This document shows positions 12,342 through 29,299 of a DNA stretch of 64,000 nt, piece after piece. The position numbers and the translations under genes were made by a program. The stretch comes from Eledone cirrhosa (Eukaryota), in NCBI GenBank assembly GCA_964016885.1, contig CAXHJY010000114.1, positions 118,073-182,072 of the forward strand, read 5' to 3'. Positions within the stretch are counted from its first letter, which is position 1; each line of letters starts with the position of its first letter. The notes below the pieces were generated by a model that saw only the letters and a list, made by a program, of their open reading frames with translations, was not told where the DNA came from and did not search any database.

Positions 12342-13029
12342 CACACATATGGACACATATACATTGTACACACGCACACATACTCATAAACATATACACA
12401 CATATACACACACATATGCACACACACAATATATATATATAATGCTTACATGGTTTTGCAGTGACAAAATAGTGTTCAAATTAAATTCATCTAGTAAGCG
12501 TATGAAAATGCATTGCACATACTGCCATAGTGCAGTATAGTAAAACATAAGACCCACTGGAAGAATATATAATCTGTTTAAACTGTCTGTGTTAACACTA
12601 AATATTAATGATATTTTCGTTTACAGAAAGTTGTTGGATCTTTGTCCTTTCCGAGTATGAGTGCTCCAGTTGATTCAATTAACGGAACAGTCAGCTTGTG
12701 AAATTAACGTGTAAGTGGGTGAACATTCTACAGATACGTGCGAGCTTAACGTAGCTCTCAGATATTCAGTATGGCAGTGTGTGTGTGTATGTGTGTGTGT
12801 GTGTGTGTGAGACACAACCGGCCTCTTGAGTTACACAAAAATAAAACAAACCAATTTTTGCTAGCTGAGTGGACTGAAGCAGCGTGAAATAAAGTAGCCC
12901 GTTGGAAGATATAAATGCGCCGTCTGGAATCAAACTGATGACCTTACAATCGTGAGGTCAGCACATTTACTAAGAACGGGGAGGCTATTGGGGTGAGGGG
13001 CTTGGACAAAGCTTTTAGCGATATGGGTT

Positions 13030-13215
13030 CGATAAGAAGCCAATTCACCTCGCAGGGCTTTGATCTTGTATGGCCGTCTTTATTCCTATTGAAGTGATTA
13101 GAGGGATGCTGTTTTGGGATCCAGACACCGCATGTTTCCATTCCTATGGGTTTGACAAGAAACCGACCAGAGGACTGCCGGCACATCATAATGATAAATT
13201 GCCATCTTTGCTAAT
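13030..13215 (-). pseudogene. Degenerate RLE-domain C-terminus, CRE-clade-like LINE fragment
   Basis: FLVKPIGMETCGVW ... EVNWL..ISL resembles the FxPxAxETxGxW...WLxQRIS motif of CRE elements. Confidence 0.45.
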
Positions 13216-14619
13216 GTTGTGAGTTATATTAGTGAGGATACTTTCACTCCATTGTTGTAAATATTCTGGCTGTTAGTTTTCAGTTCGTGTTAAAAACTAA
13301 ATAGCTACAAAATGACATGTCTCCGATCGATAAATCTTAATTTCCCGGATTGTGTGATAGCATCCATTTCTATTAACTAGGTGTATCGACCTGTTTTTAT
13401 TTACACAATTCTTCATTACAGGTTTCTAGGTACACTGCATACACAATCACACCAAATTGATGATTCAGAAAAAAAACAAAGAGATTTTACAACTGTCACT
13501 CGCAGACTAGTATAACTTGGTCGTATGTATCATGCTTTCTCTTAGGATTTTAGTTCGTCATATAGCGGCAAGCAGACATAGAAAAACATTCGACCCTGGT
13601 CCCTCTCCATTTGATCCAGTGGAACATAAAACAATATGACGACTGGAATGAGAGAGGCCTAAAACAGCATTGGACTGGTACTTTTTTTTTATCGAACCCT
13701 GAAAGAAAGGTATTGTGGTTCTATGAAACAAAACCGCTCGTTTTAAAAAGATTCATATTTAAATTTAAATCTTTCAACCTAATTTTATCAAGAATCATGT
13801 ATTTAGTTACTATTTTAAGGCAGCACGTTATGTTCTTGAGCAAAATATTTTATTCACGTTGCTACTACTGCCCGGAGTTGCAACTGATATAAAGTATCAG
13901 TAGAAAGACTAATGGGAACATTGCTTCCTTGGTCCAACCCTTGTTTTTTCATAACTAAAATAACGTTTGTTTTTCATCCGTTTCATCAATAAGCCGACAC
14001 AACAAAATGGACCTTCGTCGGATACCGGCGTTGAGTGTTTTTTTAGATATTCGATAAAAAGAACGATTAAATCATGAAATTAACATGGAGGTGGCTGAGT
14101 ATTCCCCGTACACATGTACCCATAACGAGATTCTCCTGCAGATTCAGCCTCCATCAGAGTGACAATGCTAGCTCTTTGGATTAAAACTATTTCTTCTTAA
14201 GGGCTTCCGAACAGGCCCTGTCTATCCAATTTCACTCACAAGGTTTGTACAATTATTGTAAAATACTTGTCTATGATGCCGATCAGTGGAATCGAACTGG
14301 GAATCTCATGATTGTGAAATGAACTTCTTAACCATTGTGTCATGCCTCCGTTTATAATAGGTAATGATATCTCTAAATTTTCATTATCATAAGCTAACCA
14401 AGGATTAGTGGAGGTGCGTGGTCTAGTGGTAAGGGTGTTGGACTTACGATCATAATGATGTGGCTTCGATTCCTGGACTGGGTTGTGTTCTTGAACATAA
14501 CACTTTTCCTGTTGCTTCAGTATTCTAATCTAAAAATGAGTACGAGTAATAGTTGAGGGTTTAATCCTCCGCTGGACTGGAGTGATGAGCCTCCGAGTTT
14601 AGACGTTTACAATGAGAAA

Positions 14620-15478
14620 GAACATGGGTCGATTTAATCGATTTTCCCCTTCCCCCAAATTTTTGGTCTTTTGCCTAAATCAGAAACTATTATTATGGGT
14701 GGTGGATTGGCAGTATCGGTAGAGCGTCGGACACCATGCTTCGCGGCATACAGTTACTACCCATTCTCTTCTGATTTCAAATTCCGTCGAGGTTAGCTTT
14801 GCTTTCACCCTTATGGGTGTCGATGAAATAAAATATCAATAATACACTGGGGTTAATTTCATCGACGTCCCCCTCACCCTAAATTGTTGACCTTGTGCCT
14901 AAATCAGAAACCATTATTAATATTCAAATTGGGTGGATTGATGGGTGTTGGATTGGCAGTATCAGTAGAGGGTCGGACGCCATGTTTGGCAGCATAGAGT
15001 TACGTCCCTATACGGCCTGAGTTCAAATCCTGCCGAGGTTAACTTTATCTTTCATCCTTACGGGGTCGATAAAATAAAGTACCAGTAATGCACTGGGATA
15101 ATTGCTAGCCTTGTTCCAAAAATAGAAACAATTATTAATATTCAAATTCTGCCGAGATCAACTTTGCTTTCCATCCTTCTGAGTGTAATAAAATAAACTT
15201 CCAGTCAAATACTGGGGTAGATATATAATCTTTCCCACTCCCCCTTTCAACAATATTGCAGGCCGTGTGCCACTAAAATTAGAAACCAGTGGATTGGCAG
15301 TATCAGTAGAGGGTCGGACGCTATGCTTTGAAGCATAGTTACGGCCCTTGCCATTCTGAGTTCGAATCCCGCCGAGGTTAACTTTGCCTTTCATCCTTAC
15401 GGGGTCTATAAAATAAAGTACCAGTAATGCACTGAGAATAATTGCTGGCCTTGTGCCAAAAGTAGAAACAATTATTAA
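14620..15478 (+). mobile_element. Head-to-tail array of ~5 family-M SINEs (3' fragment; 14704-14918; 14950-15136; ~15139-15287; 15291-15478)
   Basis: A box TGGCAGTATCGG, B box GAGTTCAAATCC, a central gccgaggttaactttgcctttcatcctt..gggtcgataaaataaagtaccag core (Meta/MESC-like, from memory), and a ccttgtgcc..agaaac(a/c)attatt tail. Confidence 0.85.
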
Positions 15479-15739
15479 TCATGCGTGTGTTAGTTATCGT
15501 CTGCTGGGATTAAATAACGCAGCAGATGGATAGAAATATAGCGAGATCGTAAAATAATTTAAATACAAAATATCCAGACTGGGAATTTTGCTGTAGGTCA
15601 AGTCCTATATTCAATCAAAATAATTGCATACAATCCAAATAAATTAATGGATTTTATTATATTTAATCGCTTATACCATGTCTGCGCACAATGAAACTAC
15701 TGACGTATATCTATCTGTCTATATATTTCTCTCTCTCTC

Positions 15740-15791
<52 letters not shown>

Positions 15792-15839
15792 GTCTATATA
15801 CATATATATATATCTACACACACACACACATATTTAAAT

Positions 15840-16645
15840 AAATGGAAAAAATGAAACGAAATTTCATTTCTCACTCTTAGTACGGCTGTTACTTAAATAT
15901 AAGTATGTATACGTACGTACATATATGTATACAGACGTACAGTAGTATGTATATATATATACATACATGCAGACATATATATATGTACGTATGGATTTAC
16001 CGAACATTTATTATAATGCTCGGTTTGTTTGTAAACAAACAGCCCGAATTAAGCCGTAGAGTGTTTAGCAACCATCGTTGCCCTTTTGTTCAACACTGAC
16101 AAAGGAACGCTGTACTAGTTTCAAGCTTATTAGCTATCGTCAGCCACGTATACCTTCCTGCCAGATGATTGAACGTCTGAAAGTATATACTTTCCTTATG
16201 CATATTAACGGCTGCGCAGCCTAATTTGCATATCGAGTGAGTTAATCGGCCGGGCGCACCGAAAACGATAAATGTAAAAAATGAAACGAAATTTTATTTC
16301 TCACTCTTAGTACGGCTGTTACTTAAATATAAATATGTATACGTACATACATATATGTATACAGACGTACAGTAGTATGTATATATATATACATACATGC
16401 ACACATATATATATGTACGTATGGAATTACCGAACATTTATTATGATGCTCGGTTTGTTTGTAAACAAACATCCCGGATTAAGCCGTACAGTGTCTAGCA
16501 ACCATCGTTGCCCTTTTGTGCAAACTGACAAAGGAACGATGTACTAGTTTCAAGCTTATTAGCTATCGTCAGCACCGTATACCTTCCTGCCAGATGGTTG
16601 AACGTCTGAAAGTATATACTTTCCTTATGTATATTAACGGCTGTA
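15840..16645. repeat. Tandem duplication, ~430-bp period, about 1.9 copies
   Basis: 15840-16214 is nearly identical to 16270-16644. Confidence 0.9.
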
Positions 16646-16789
16646 CGTCTGTATACATATGTGTATGTACGTATACATACTTATATATATATATAAATAA
16701 ATATATATATATATATATACATATATATACATATATATATATATACATATCTATATATACATATCCATATATCCATATATATATATATG

Positions 16790-17046
<257 letters not shown>

Positions 17047-17537
17047 TGCATCAATTCCGACGATAAAAGTTACAGTTGTTTGGAGCAACAGTACAGTATG
17101 TTCATGATATTTAACACGCAAGTGACTGAGCATTCCACAGGCTCGTGTACCCGTAACGTAATTCCCAAGGAGATTTAACATTGCACGCTGTGTGATAAGG
17201 CTGACCCTTTGAATATCTGGTAGAACTCATCATGGTGGGAACCAACGAGAATTAAAGTGACTTGATTAAGGACACAACATTGCTATCAGGAATCAAACAC
17301 ACGACCTTACAATCGTGAGACTAACATACTAACTACTTGGCTACGCCGCTTGTACAAGAGAATACACACATATAACGTGTATATGATGACGATGGACCTA
17401 CTCGTTGAAATCGATGGATGAGCGTCCAGAGAGGCAAACCCATAGTCAGTCACTGATGAGTGCTTAATATATGGTCAGTGATAACCGAACGTAAGCCCTT
17501 TCACTTTAGAACGTATATAAAGATAGTCTTGTTCAGT

Positions 17538-17720
17538 GGATTGGCAGTATCGGTAGAGAGTCGGACACCATGCTTTGAAGCATAGAGTTACGTCCCTTTA
17601 TGATCTGAGTTCAAATCCCGCCGAGGTTAACTTTGCCTTTCATCCTTACGGGGTCGATAAAATAAAGTACCAGTAATGCACTGGGTAATTGCTGGCCTTG
17701 TGCCAAATGTAGAAACAATT
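17538..17720 (+). mobile_element. SINE family M, full length
   Basis: Same A/B boxes, core and tail as 15291-15478. Confidence 0.88.
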
Positions 17721-18000
17721 AATGTCTAAAATGGTTGCAAGTATTACATTCACAGCAATGGCATTGAAAACTATGGCGACCACAGAAGTGACGTCAGTCA
17801 AATGATCACATTTCCATTGGTTCATTCAACAAAATAAACACCATAAATTTTTTCGCGTATAACAGATTATTGATAGACATCTACACACTCACACTCACAC
17901 ACACACAGACACAGACACACACCCACACACCCACACTCACTCACTCACATACACACACATACACACACACATACCCCCCCCCCACATATATATATATAAG

Positions 18001-18177
18001 AATAATAAGAATAATTGTTTCTACTTTTGGCACAAGGCCAGCAATTACTCAGTGTATTACTGGTATTTTATTTTATCAACCCCGTAAGGATGAGAGGCAA
18101 ATTAACCTCGGCGGGATTAACTAAGCCGTTCATCCTTACGGGGTCGATAAAATAAAGTACCAGTAATGCACTGGGTA
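18001..18177. mobile_element. Two family-M SINE fragments in opposite orientation (18001-18118 -, 18129-18177 +)
   Basis: Core sequence present on both strands; the minus copy ends in (ATT)-like repeats. Confidence 0.75.
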
Positions 18178-18563
18178 ATATTACTGATACGAAGTTATCG
18201 ATCCATGTTTGAGAGCGAAATTGAATAGATAGAAACTATTTTGGAAGCCAGTAATTGTATCTGAAATTCAAAGGCTCTATCACACATTATGCCACGAGAA
18301 ATTTCCTTCAGAATTACGTTAATCATACAAGTATCCATGAAATACTAATCTATTTCTACTATAATACAAGATAGACTGTACATATAATTCAAAGGTTATG
18401 AATTAATGTCACGCTGAATCTCTTTGAGAATTATGTTAAGTTTACATGAGTCTGTGTAATATTCAGTCTATTACACGCTAACTTAATGGGCAGGGTGTTC
18501 TGTTGATCAATCAACTAGAATATTCACCGTCGAAACTGGTGGAAGTCTCTCTCACTCTCTCTT

Positions 18564-18597
<34 letters not shown>

Positions 18598-18809
18598 AAA
18601 AAATAGAGTTGTGACACACGAGTTGTGATATATTAGTAAAAAGGAAAAGAAAAAGCTGACAAATTTTTCCAAGTAAAAAATAGTTTAATTAGGAATAAGT
18701 ATAAATTAGTAATAATATTAGTTAGTATTCAGTTTTAGTTTTAAGTTTTAACTGGTTGCGCATTTCTAATGCTTTTCAAAAATTATTTTGAGATATATAT
18801 ATATATAAG

Positions 18810-18841
<32 letters not shown>

Positions 18842-18929
18842 ATGTAGGAGGTGAGTTTTATTGTAGTACAATAAAGCAATGCAGATATCGGATAAGAAGC
18901 ACTCTACAGTTTGTAGGACTGGAGTATAC

Positions 18930-19023
<94 letters not shown>

Positions 19024-19695
19024 CACATATTCCAGCATATTGGTCTGAAAGTTCTGTGGTTTTTAACGTATGATGAGTAAACATTAATCTGTCAGCCATT
19101 TTCTTTCAATATTAACACGACGAAAGATGAAAAAAATGTATAATATAATAACTAGTATTTCCTCCCATTCTGTTGACCCCATTCATTTAAGATATCCCAC
19201 GGGAAAATATATTGTCGATCCATCTTAGGCCAGCGTGGTAATAAATAATATGACAATCCAATAAACAGAAATAACTGAAGATGAACTGGATATCTGGCAA
19301 CATAGATTATATTTAATAATATTTCACCATTGAAATTCTATGATCAATTCTCAGAAGACGAGTTCCAATGAACATAGAAAATAACGATTTTTTTCTTCTT
19401 TCATTCATCTTCATCATCATCTCAAATCAGACAAACATTCACAGTGAGCGCGGTCAATCATGTAAATAGACTACACATGATGACAGCAGGTTACATATAT
19501 ATATATGGGCAGCCATTAAATAGCATTGTATTGTATGCATGTTTATCCTGGGTGTGTGGGTATGTGTATGTATACTGTAACATGGACACACCAGCGGAGG
19601 ATAACAATCAACTCGCAAAGACTAAAGTAAATTTGCAGTTTCTTTTTCATCAAGTTGTAATCTCATCTAAATATCTCTATTTTCCCGTCACCCTA

Positions 19696-19802
<107 letters not shown>

Positions 19803-19878
19803 TTATCTATATATCTATCTATGTTCATTATATTTCTATATGTTTGTATTTATATGTATACACATGAGTATATGGTCG

Positions 19879-19969
<91 letters not shown>

Positions 19970-19971
<2 letters not shown>

Positions 19972-20158
19972 CAAAGGAATTGTGGTAAGGAACCAGAGGG
20001 ACCGTAATGCACCAAAGTACTCAATACTTAGAGTAGTAGAGTGGAAAATAGGAAAAAGTATGACCCCGACGGCAGAGCTCAAGCCGTTTCGACAGCTATT
20101 CCAGAAATAGCCGTCGAAACGGCTTGAGCTCTGCCGTCGGGGTCATACTTTTTCCTAT
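19970..20158 (-). mobile_element. Penelope-like pLTR remnant (HHR 'GTC' family) with a 53-bp fold-back palindrome, in (TA)n
   Basis: Arms 20048-20100 / 20106-20158 (1 mismatch). Contains the HHR 3' half GAAA-CGGC ttgagctct GCCG-TC^GGGG. Same family at 22272-22452, 30966-31025 and 31107-31301. Confidence 0.72.
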
Positions 20159-20523
20159 ATATATATATATATATATTGGTACATGAGAGTGTATCTATGT
20201 ATGTTATTATATTTGTGTACAATTGTATGAATGCGCACATGTACGAGCCTATACATTTATGTGTTGCGTGGTATATGATTATGTGTATACGTAGGAAAAA
20301 TGTATATTCGTACATGTTAATGTGTATGCATACATGGCTGTAGCTATGTGTGATCTACACACACACACACACACACACACAGCTTGCGTGGGAATATATG
20401 CGTGTAATTATATATGCTTTCATATGGTCCGATGGAGATATCTGCATGTGAGATGTCAACATGAATGGACCTGTTATTTTATTAAATCTATTAAATAATC
20501 TTTATTTAATTTATGGCGTAAAT

Positions 20524-20787
20524 ATACAATACAGCAGGAGGAACATAATGGCATCACTGACGATGTTGCAGATGTGCAACGAAAGAACTTTGTTAGACTA
20601 TATATATATGTGTTTATATCTATATTATATCTGTATTTTTGACCGTTGGTTAGTCAATGGTAAACATTGAGGACCGAATGAATTAACTGATATAAAAGAT
20701 ACAGAAGCGAAAACCAACCAAACGGTGAGTGTGTTCTGTTATTAATTCTGGCAATATTATTACAACAATATGACCCTCCTCAAGTAT

Positions 20788-20792
<5 letters not shown>
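20524..20792 (+). mobile_element. Solo pLTR of the Naiad-type element, with an HHR at 20553-20594
   Basis: Collinear with 29230-29502. HHR reads ATCA-CTGACGA-T-GTTGCA gatg TGCAAC-GAAA-GAAC-TT-TGTT. Ends in (TA)n. Confidence 0.85.
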
Positions 20793-20886
<94 letters not shown>

Positions 20887-20889
20887 AAT

Positions 20890-21510
20890 TGAATCATATG
20901 TAGCAGATAGAATGGCCTGGAGAAATGCCATTTGGAATGGAGTTAAAGCATTTGAAATGGAGAGGTTAAAACATGAAGAACTGAAAAGAAAAGTGCGGAA
21001 GATTAAGACCAACAGTAATAATTGTTTCTACTGTTGGCACAAGGCCAGCAATTACCCAGTGCATTACTGGTACATTATTTTATCTACCCCGTAAGGATGA
21101 AAGGCAAAGTTAACCTCGGCAGGATTTGACCAACAGTAATAATGATGAATCTTATCCAGTGTTGGTTTTCAAATGCCCGGTGTGACCTTAGGTCTGCTTT
21201 TCGAACGCTGGCTTAAAGTCATACCAATGAACACATGATGGTAAAGTCCAAGCTGACTATTCAAACTTCGTGGAGAGGCTCAGTTCCAATGTCATGTTTG
21301 TCAGAAAATTTGAAAACCAGGTGGTGGATTGAAGTGGCATCTGAACATAGAGAATAAAGAAACCCAAAGAGTGGAAACATCATTGTATTATTTGTGGACA
21401 GGTCTTTCACAGGCCTTTAGGACACAAAAGCCATTTGTGATCTCATACCACGAAGAAACAGATATAAAGTGCAAGAAGTGGTCAAGCTTTTTATGGAGCA
21501 GACGACCTTC
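20890..21510 (+). pseudogene. RTE (BovB-like) LINE 3' fragment with degenerate C2H2 fingers, interrupted by a SINE
   Basis: WRNAIWNGVKAFEMERLKHEELKRKVRK, then FKCPV..AGLKSH and FQCHVCQKI..GGGLKWHL; (TA)n on both sides. Confidence 0.65.
21023..21127 (-). mobile_element. 5'-truncated SINE family M with a 16-bp target-site duplication
   Basis: GACCAACAGTAATAAT at 21007-21022 and 21128-21143 flanks the SINE. Confidence 0.88.
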
Positions 21511-21888
21511 ATATATATATATATGTAGGGTGGATGCGCATATGTATGAGTAAATATGCGTACGTATATAAAGATACATATGTATGTGTGCGTGCATGTG
21601 CACACGCATCTATGTGATATGTGTATAGGTGTATCATGTGCTTGCTGTTTTTCCAACCTTCGGTTTGCTTTTCCTTCTGTTGTTTACTTGTCTCACGCTT
21701 TACGCGTTTCACTTGTCCCAATAGCTTATTTTAGTTATTGCTCGCACCAACCTGAGGTATCTGATTTTTAATGCGATGAAATACCAATGATGGTTGGCAA
21801 ATCACTGATGAGGGACTAATTTTATAATATGTAATCCATGTGCAACCATGCAGTATTCTTCTCTCCTTGTTTTTCATATATATATATA

Positions 21889-22271
21889 AAAGTATGTGTT
21901 TCTACATGTAAAAATACATATAGGGATACAAGTATTGTCCAACCGTATGCAAGTGTGGTTCTATGGCAGGTTAATAAATTAACAAGCCAGAACATATATA
22001 ATCAAGGTTTAGCAAATAGAGAAAAAGTTTTAAAATAAATTTTAAAAAGTTCACAGTACTTACTATATGTGCCTTTACCGCGGTTTCCGATCCCAAAATA
22101 AACAGATAATCCAAGCGGATTTTCATTGAGAAAGAGATCATCGTCAGAAGGCTTTTCTCACTCGGAGAATATAAAATTCTCGAGTTCAAATCACAAACTG
22201 GCGCCATACAAAACTGTTCCCGAATGAGAGTGAATGAGAGTGAAATATATTTTAAAACTTTTTCTCTATTT
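21889..22271 (-). mobile_element. Penelope-like pLTR remnant with HHR and partial inversion
   Basis: Ends in (TA)n at ~21888; inverted repeat ~22014-22036 / ~22248-22271; HHR inside. Confidence 0.65.
22071..22152 (-). ncRNA. Type I hammerhead ribozyme with palindromic stem III
   Basis: Minus strand: GCCTT-CTGACGA-T-GATCTC..long loop..GGGATC-G-GAAA-CCGCGG-TA^-AAGGC. Perfect 5-bp stem I and a GUA triplet. Confidence 0.85.
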
Positions 22272-22452
22272 ACGGCTATTTCTGAACCGTTATGGTCCAC
22301 CTGGTGCATTATGGTTCACCTGGTTATATATATATATATATATATATAACGAAGGAAGTGTGGTAAGGAACCAGGTGAACCATAACGCACCAGGTGGACC
22401 ATAACGGTCCAGAAATAGCCGTCGAAACGGCTTGAGCTCTGCCGTCGGGGTC
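22272..22452. mobile_element. Rearranged pair of 'GTC'-family pLTR fragments around (TA)n
   Basis: Shares gtggtaaggaaccag, ccagaaatagccgtcgaaacggcttgagctctgccgtcggggtc and their reverse complements with 19970-20158. Confidence 0.7.
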
Positions 22453-23054
22453 TTGAACAATTTCCTATTATATATACATATTAATATGTGTGTGCGTGTA
22501 TATATATACACATGTATGTATATGTGTGTGTATAACAAGCATATATATGAGATGTTTGGTATGGCTACGCTACTACATGTGGTATGGGGCCGATCTATTT
22601 TACATCTCAAACTTATATAAGTTTAACTGGCCTTCTACAATTGTATCTCATAGGAGTCTCGGGAGGTTTAATGACAGAGGTACCAGTTTTATCACGTTAA
22701 GCAACGTGAGTTAAAACGTTTTGCTAAAGAGCACAATGGGCTGCTCGTTTCAGAAATCGAACCCTCATGAATCCAACACCCAACCCCTAGGCGTCTCAGT
22801 GTGTGTAGCTGAACTGATATTTGAAATGATTTCTGACGAGATTTAAAAGCAGCTGCTAATAATATTAATAAATATGATGAAATCTTATGCATATACAAGA
22901 AAATTAATAATCCTATTAATATGGCAATCGCTAAGATGCTGTAGATTATCTTGTTGATCCAGCTTCATTGATAAACAGTCTCTGATATTAGGCTTGTATT
23001 AGTGTTTTAGCACCAAACGTTATCCAAATAATTAGTCCAGAGTTAGTCTACAGC

Positions 23055-25613
<2,559 letters not shown>

Positions 25614-28600
25614 CACACAGTAACAGTTAATATGAAAAGAACAACATACACAAAAGTCAACGAACTTTACAGACAGAAACGCATTAACGGTGAGGAAGTC
25701 CAAAATCTCACCACCCCAAACGAGATGGATGACTTCATGAGCGTCATCCGACGTGAAACGAAATACGCTCGAAACGAATGCAATAGGCATTTCTATAAGA
25801 AATTAGAATGGATGAATAAGAAAAAACTACAAGAAAGGAAAATAGAATATTCTCAAAAGTACCCAGATAACATCAACAATATCCGTATGACTGATGTAAA
25901 ACTACCGGAAGAATTTACCAATGACCACACAGTAAATATTTATGGGAACACTTTAATCGGTGAACAAGAACAACAAATCCTGCAGCTACCACCAAAATTT
26001 GCCATCTACAAAAAGATTAACCCTATTGAGTGCAAAATGGAGCTGGAAAAGTGTTTCACAAAAATACGTTGGAATGCAAAAGTAAACAACAACAACAACA
26101 ATAATAACGGTAGTAGTAATATAAACAATAACTCTGAGTATAGAAATAACAGCCATAACAATAACAATAGCAGGAGAGTGAGAAATAGTAATAATGGTAA
26201 TAATACTAACGATAGACAGAACAACAACAACAACCACAATAATAATAATAATAGAAACATTAACCACAGACACAGCAGCAGCGACCACAGTAGTAATAAC
26301 GGTAACAATACGAACAACAACAACAATAACCACAGTGGTAATAATGGAAATAATACATGTAGCAACATTAATGATAGACACAACAAAAACAAGAAACATA
26401 ATAAAAGTAACAACCACAATGGTAGAAATAACAGTAACAACAACAATAACGGTGAAGTAAACAACAATACATCTAGCAATCATAACAATAATAATAATTC
26501 TAATGATAGGAACAACAACAACCACCATAATAACAATAATAGCAACACACAACTATGACGATAGATATAATGACAACCCCTTAGAGAAACTATTTTTCAA
26601 CCCAGCTGACAAAAGATATAAGATGGGTAATATCTATCCTACGAGGTTACCCTTTAATAAAAGAGTTTGCATACTACAACAAATAGATGACGAGACAGAG
26701 GCACAGTTCACCATAGCTAGAAATAAGATTAGACAAATAGTAGACCGGTATACTAAGAGACAGAGCAGACCAGAGGCCCAACAACTTGGGAGGAAACCTG
26801 TAGAAGGCTTGGTTAGCCTCAAGCAGCGCACAAGGGATGGTGAGGTAGTATGTCTACCCACGGATAAGTCTGGTAGGATGTCAATAGATAGCATGCCGAA
26901 CTACATCAAGGCTATGCAACCCCACATCACCAACACGAGCGAAATTGCACAGCAAACACACGATGGGAGAGAGAAAATCCTCAACGCTCACATGATGATG
27001 TGGACTGACATCCTAAAGCCAAGCAGACGCACTGCCAACAACTTCCAGGCGTCTAACAATGGCATACCACTCTTGTATGGGCTCCGCAAAGACCACAAGA
27101 CAGTCGACGACCCGACAACAGGACCACCAACAAGACCCGTATGCGGAGCTAATATAGCTAGCGACTACAGGATCTCCTACTTCCTCTCAATGGTTATACG
27201 CCCCATAATGAAGATGTCCCCAGATGTATGTGACAGTACAGAGGACCTCCTCAGCAGAATCAGTGAGTGCAACAAAAACAGGAACCTATCCAACTGCATA
27301 ATAGGCAGCATGGATGTGGTATCACTGTACCCATCCATGAACATTGATTTTGCTGCGGAAAAATGTGTAGAGATGATCATTGAGAGTGAGGTGGAGTTCT
27401 GCGACGTCGACACAGACGAACTGGGCCTCCTACTTAGACTTACCTACGACACTGACTACCTTGACAGCCATGACCTTAGACGTTTCTGCCCTAGTAGACC
27501 CATAAGAGGTAGACCCCCCCACCATCACCTCAATGGCAAAAAAGACTCCCATGAGAAGGTGGATTGGGTGGACCAAAGCTATACGGACTCCCCAAAACAA
27601 TGATCAGGTAAGAAAAATGGTCGCACATGCAATAGGGGCTAGTATCAAAACTACCCTAAAGGGCCACATATTCAAGTTCAACGAGAAGATTTACACCCAA
27701 AATGAGGGGGCAGCCATTGGCGTCAGCATAGCTGGTGATGTTGCCAACCTTTTCATGGTATGGTGGGAAAGGAGACTTAAAGATCTCCTTAATGAGAGCT
27801 CCATAGACCTCATCATGTACTCTCGTTACGTAGACGATATCAATATAGTTATAAGAACATCCCCACTAGAGAGCACTAACAAGTTTGATTTAGAACGTAG
27901 CACAATGGAAAGCATCCAGCAGATAGCTAATTCCATACACCAGAGTATAACTGTAACTATCGACTTCCCTTCCAAACACCCTAACAATAGACTACCTGTA
28001 TTAGACACGGAACTCTGGATTAACACTATAGACGAGAGAGCCCAAATTCTCCACTCACACTATGCTAAACCCATGGCCTCCAAATACTTGATACTCAAAA
28101 ACTCAGCAATGTCCAGTAGTGCTAAGTTTAATATTCTGATCGCAGATTCGGTACGAGTGATGAAGAATGTGTCCCGCATGTGCGACCCAACAGAAATGGA
28201 AAGACACATCCAACACTTCATCAACCGCATGCAGTTCTCTGGCTACAACCAAAGAGACAGAGTCAGAGTATACGAAGGAGCCATGGAGAAGTATAAGACC
28301 CTCATAGAACTGGACATGAAAGGAATTTGCCCATTATACAGGAGCAAATCATGGAATAGCTTAGATAGGGCTAGACATAAGATAGGGAAAGCCACCTCAT
28401 GGTACGACAACCAGAGATACCAGAGTGTCATGTTTGTGGACGCTACCCCTGGAGGGAAATTAGCTAACCAGTGTAGAAAGGCCCTGAGAAAGACTCACTT
28501 AAAGATTAAGGTGGTAGAAAAGCCAGGAACCACCATAAAATCCCTGATCAGCAAAACCTACCCTTTAAAGAAAACCCACTGTACTAATAGGAAATGTATC

Positions 28601-29257
28601 ATATGTAAGGTAAACCCCCGGATAAATTGTAAAACTAGAAACGTAATCTATAGCATAAGATGTACAGAGGGTACTTGCAGAAACATGACAACAAAATACA
28701 TAGGCGAGACAGCTCGTAGCATAGGTGAAAGGATAGACCAACACTGGGGGGAACTAAAAGGACGAAAAATGGGTCAGTACTATACGAACATGCCAGACAA
28801 CAACACGACGGTAACATAGACAACATAGAAATTAGAATAATATCTAAACATAGAAATGACCCAGCAGATAGGCAAATCAGAGAGGCCAGTGAAATAGAAC
28901 TTAGAAGGCCAAGACTAAACAGAAAGAATGAATGGAATAACAACAACACCCAAACAAACAACACTGACCTTAGAATAGTATAAATAAATAAATAAATAGA
29001 TAAATAAATAAATAAATACATACACAAGCACAATAACAACAAACACATAAACACACACTAGTAAAGATAGAATACATTAACCGATACACAGTCACCCAAT
29101 CACGAACACACATCAAACAAAACACTATACACACACGCAAACGCATGCGCAAAGAAGACAAAATAAAATAAACAAACAAACAAATAAATAAATAAATATA
29201 TAGACAGACTAAATAAAAATGGCGTAGACATACAATGTAACGGGAGGAAACAATAGC

Positions 29258-29299
29258 ACCACTGATGATGTTGCAGATATGCAACGAAAGAACTTTGAT
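29258..29299 (+). ncRNA. Minimal type I hammerhead ribozyme in the Naiad pLTR
   Basis: ACCA-CTGATGA-T-GTTGCA gata TGCAAC-GAAA-G aa C-TT^-TGAT. Together with the 20553 copy, the consensus stem I is ATCA/TGAT. Confidence 0.8.

Noticed and set aside
14704-14790. tRNA genes
   Set aside because: The A/B boxes belong to SINE heads; there is no complete cloverleaf.
17440-17500. Isolated CTGATGA motifs (also ~21805, ~32781, ~63341) as hammerheads
   Set aside because: No properly placed stem II, GAAA and NUH; expected by chance.
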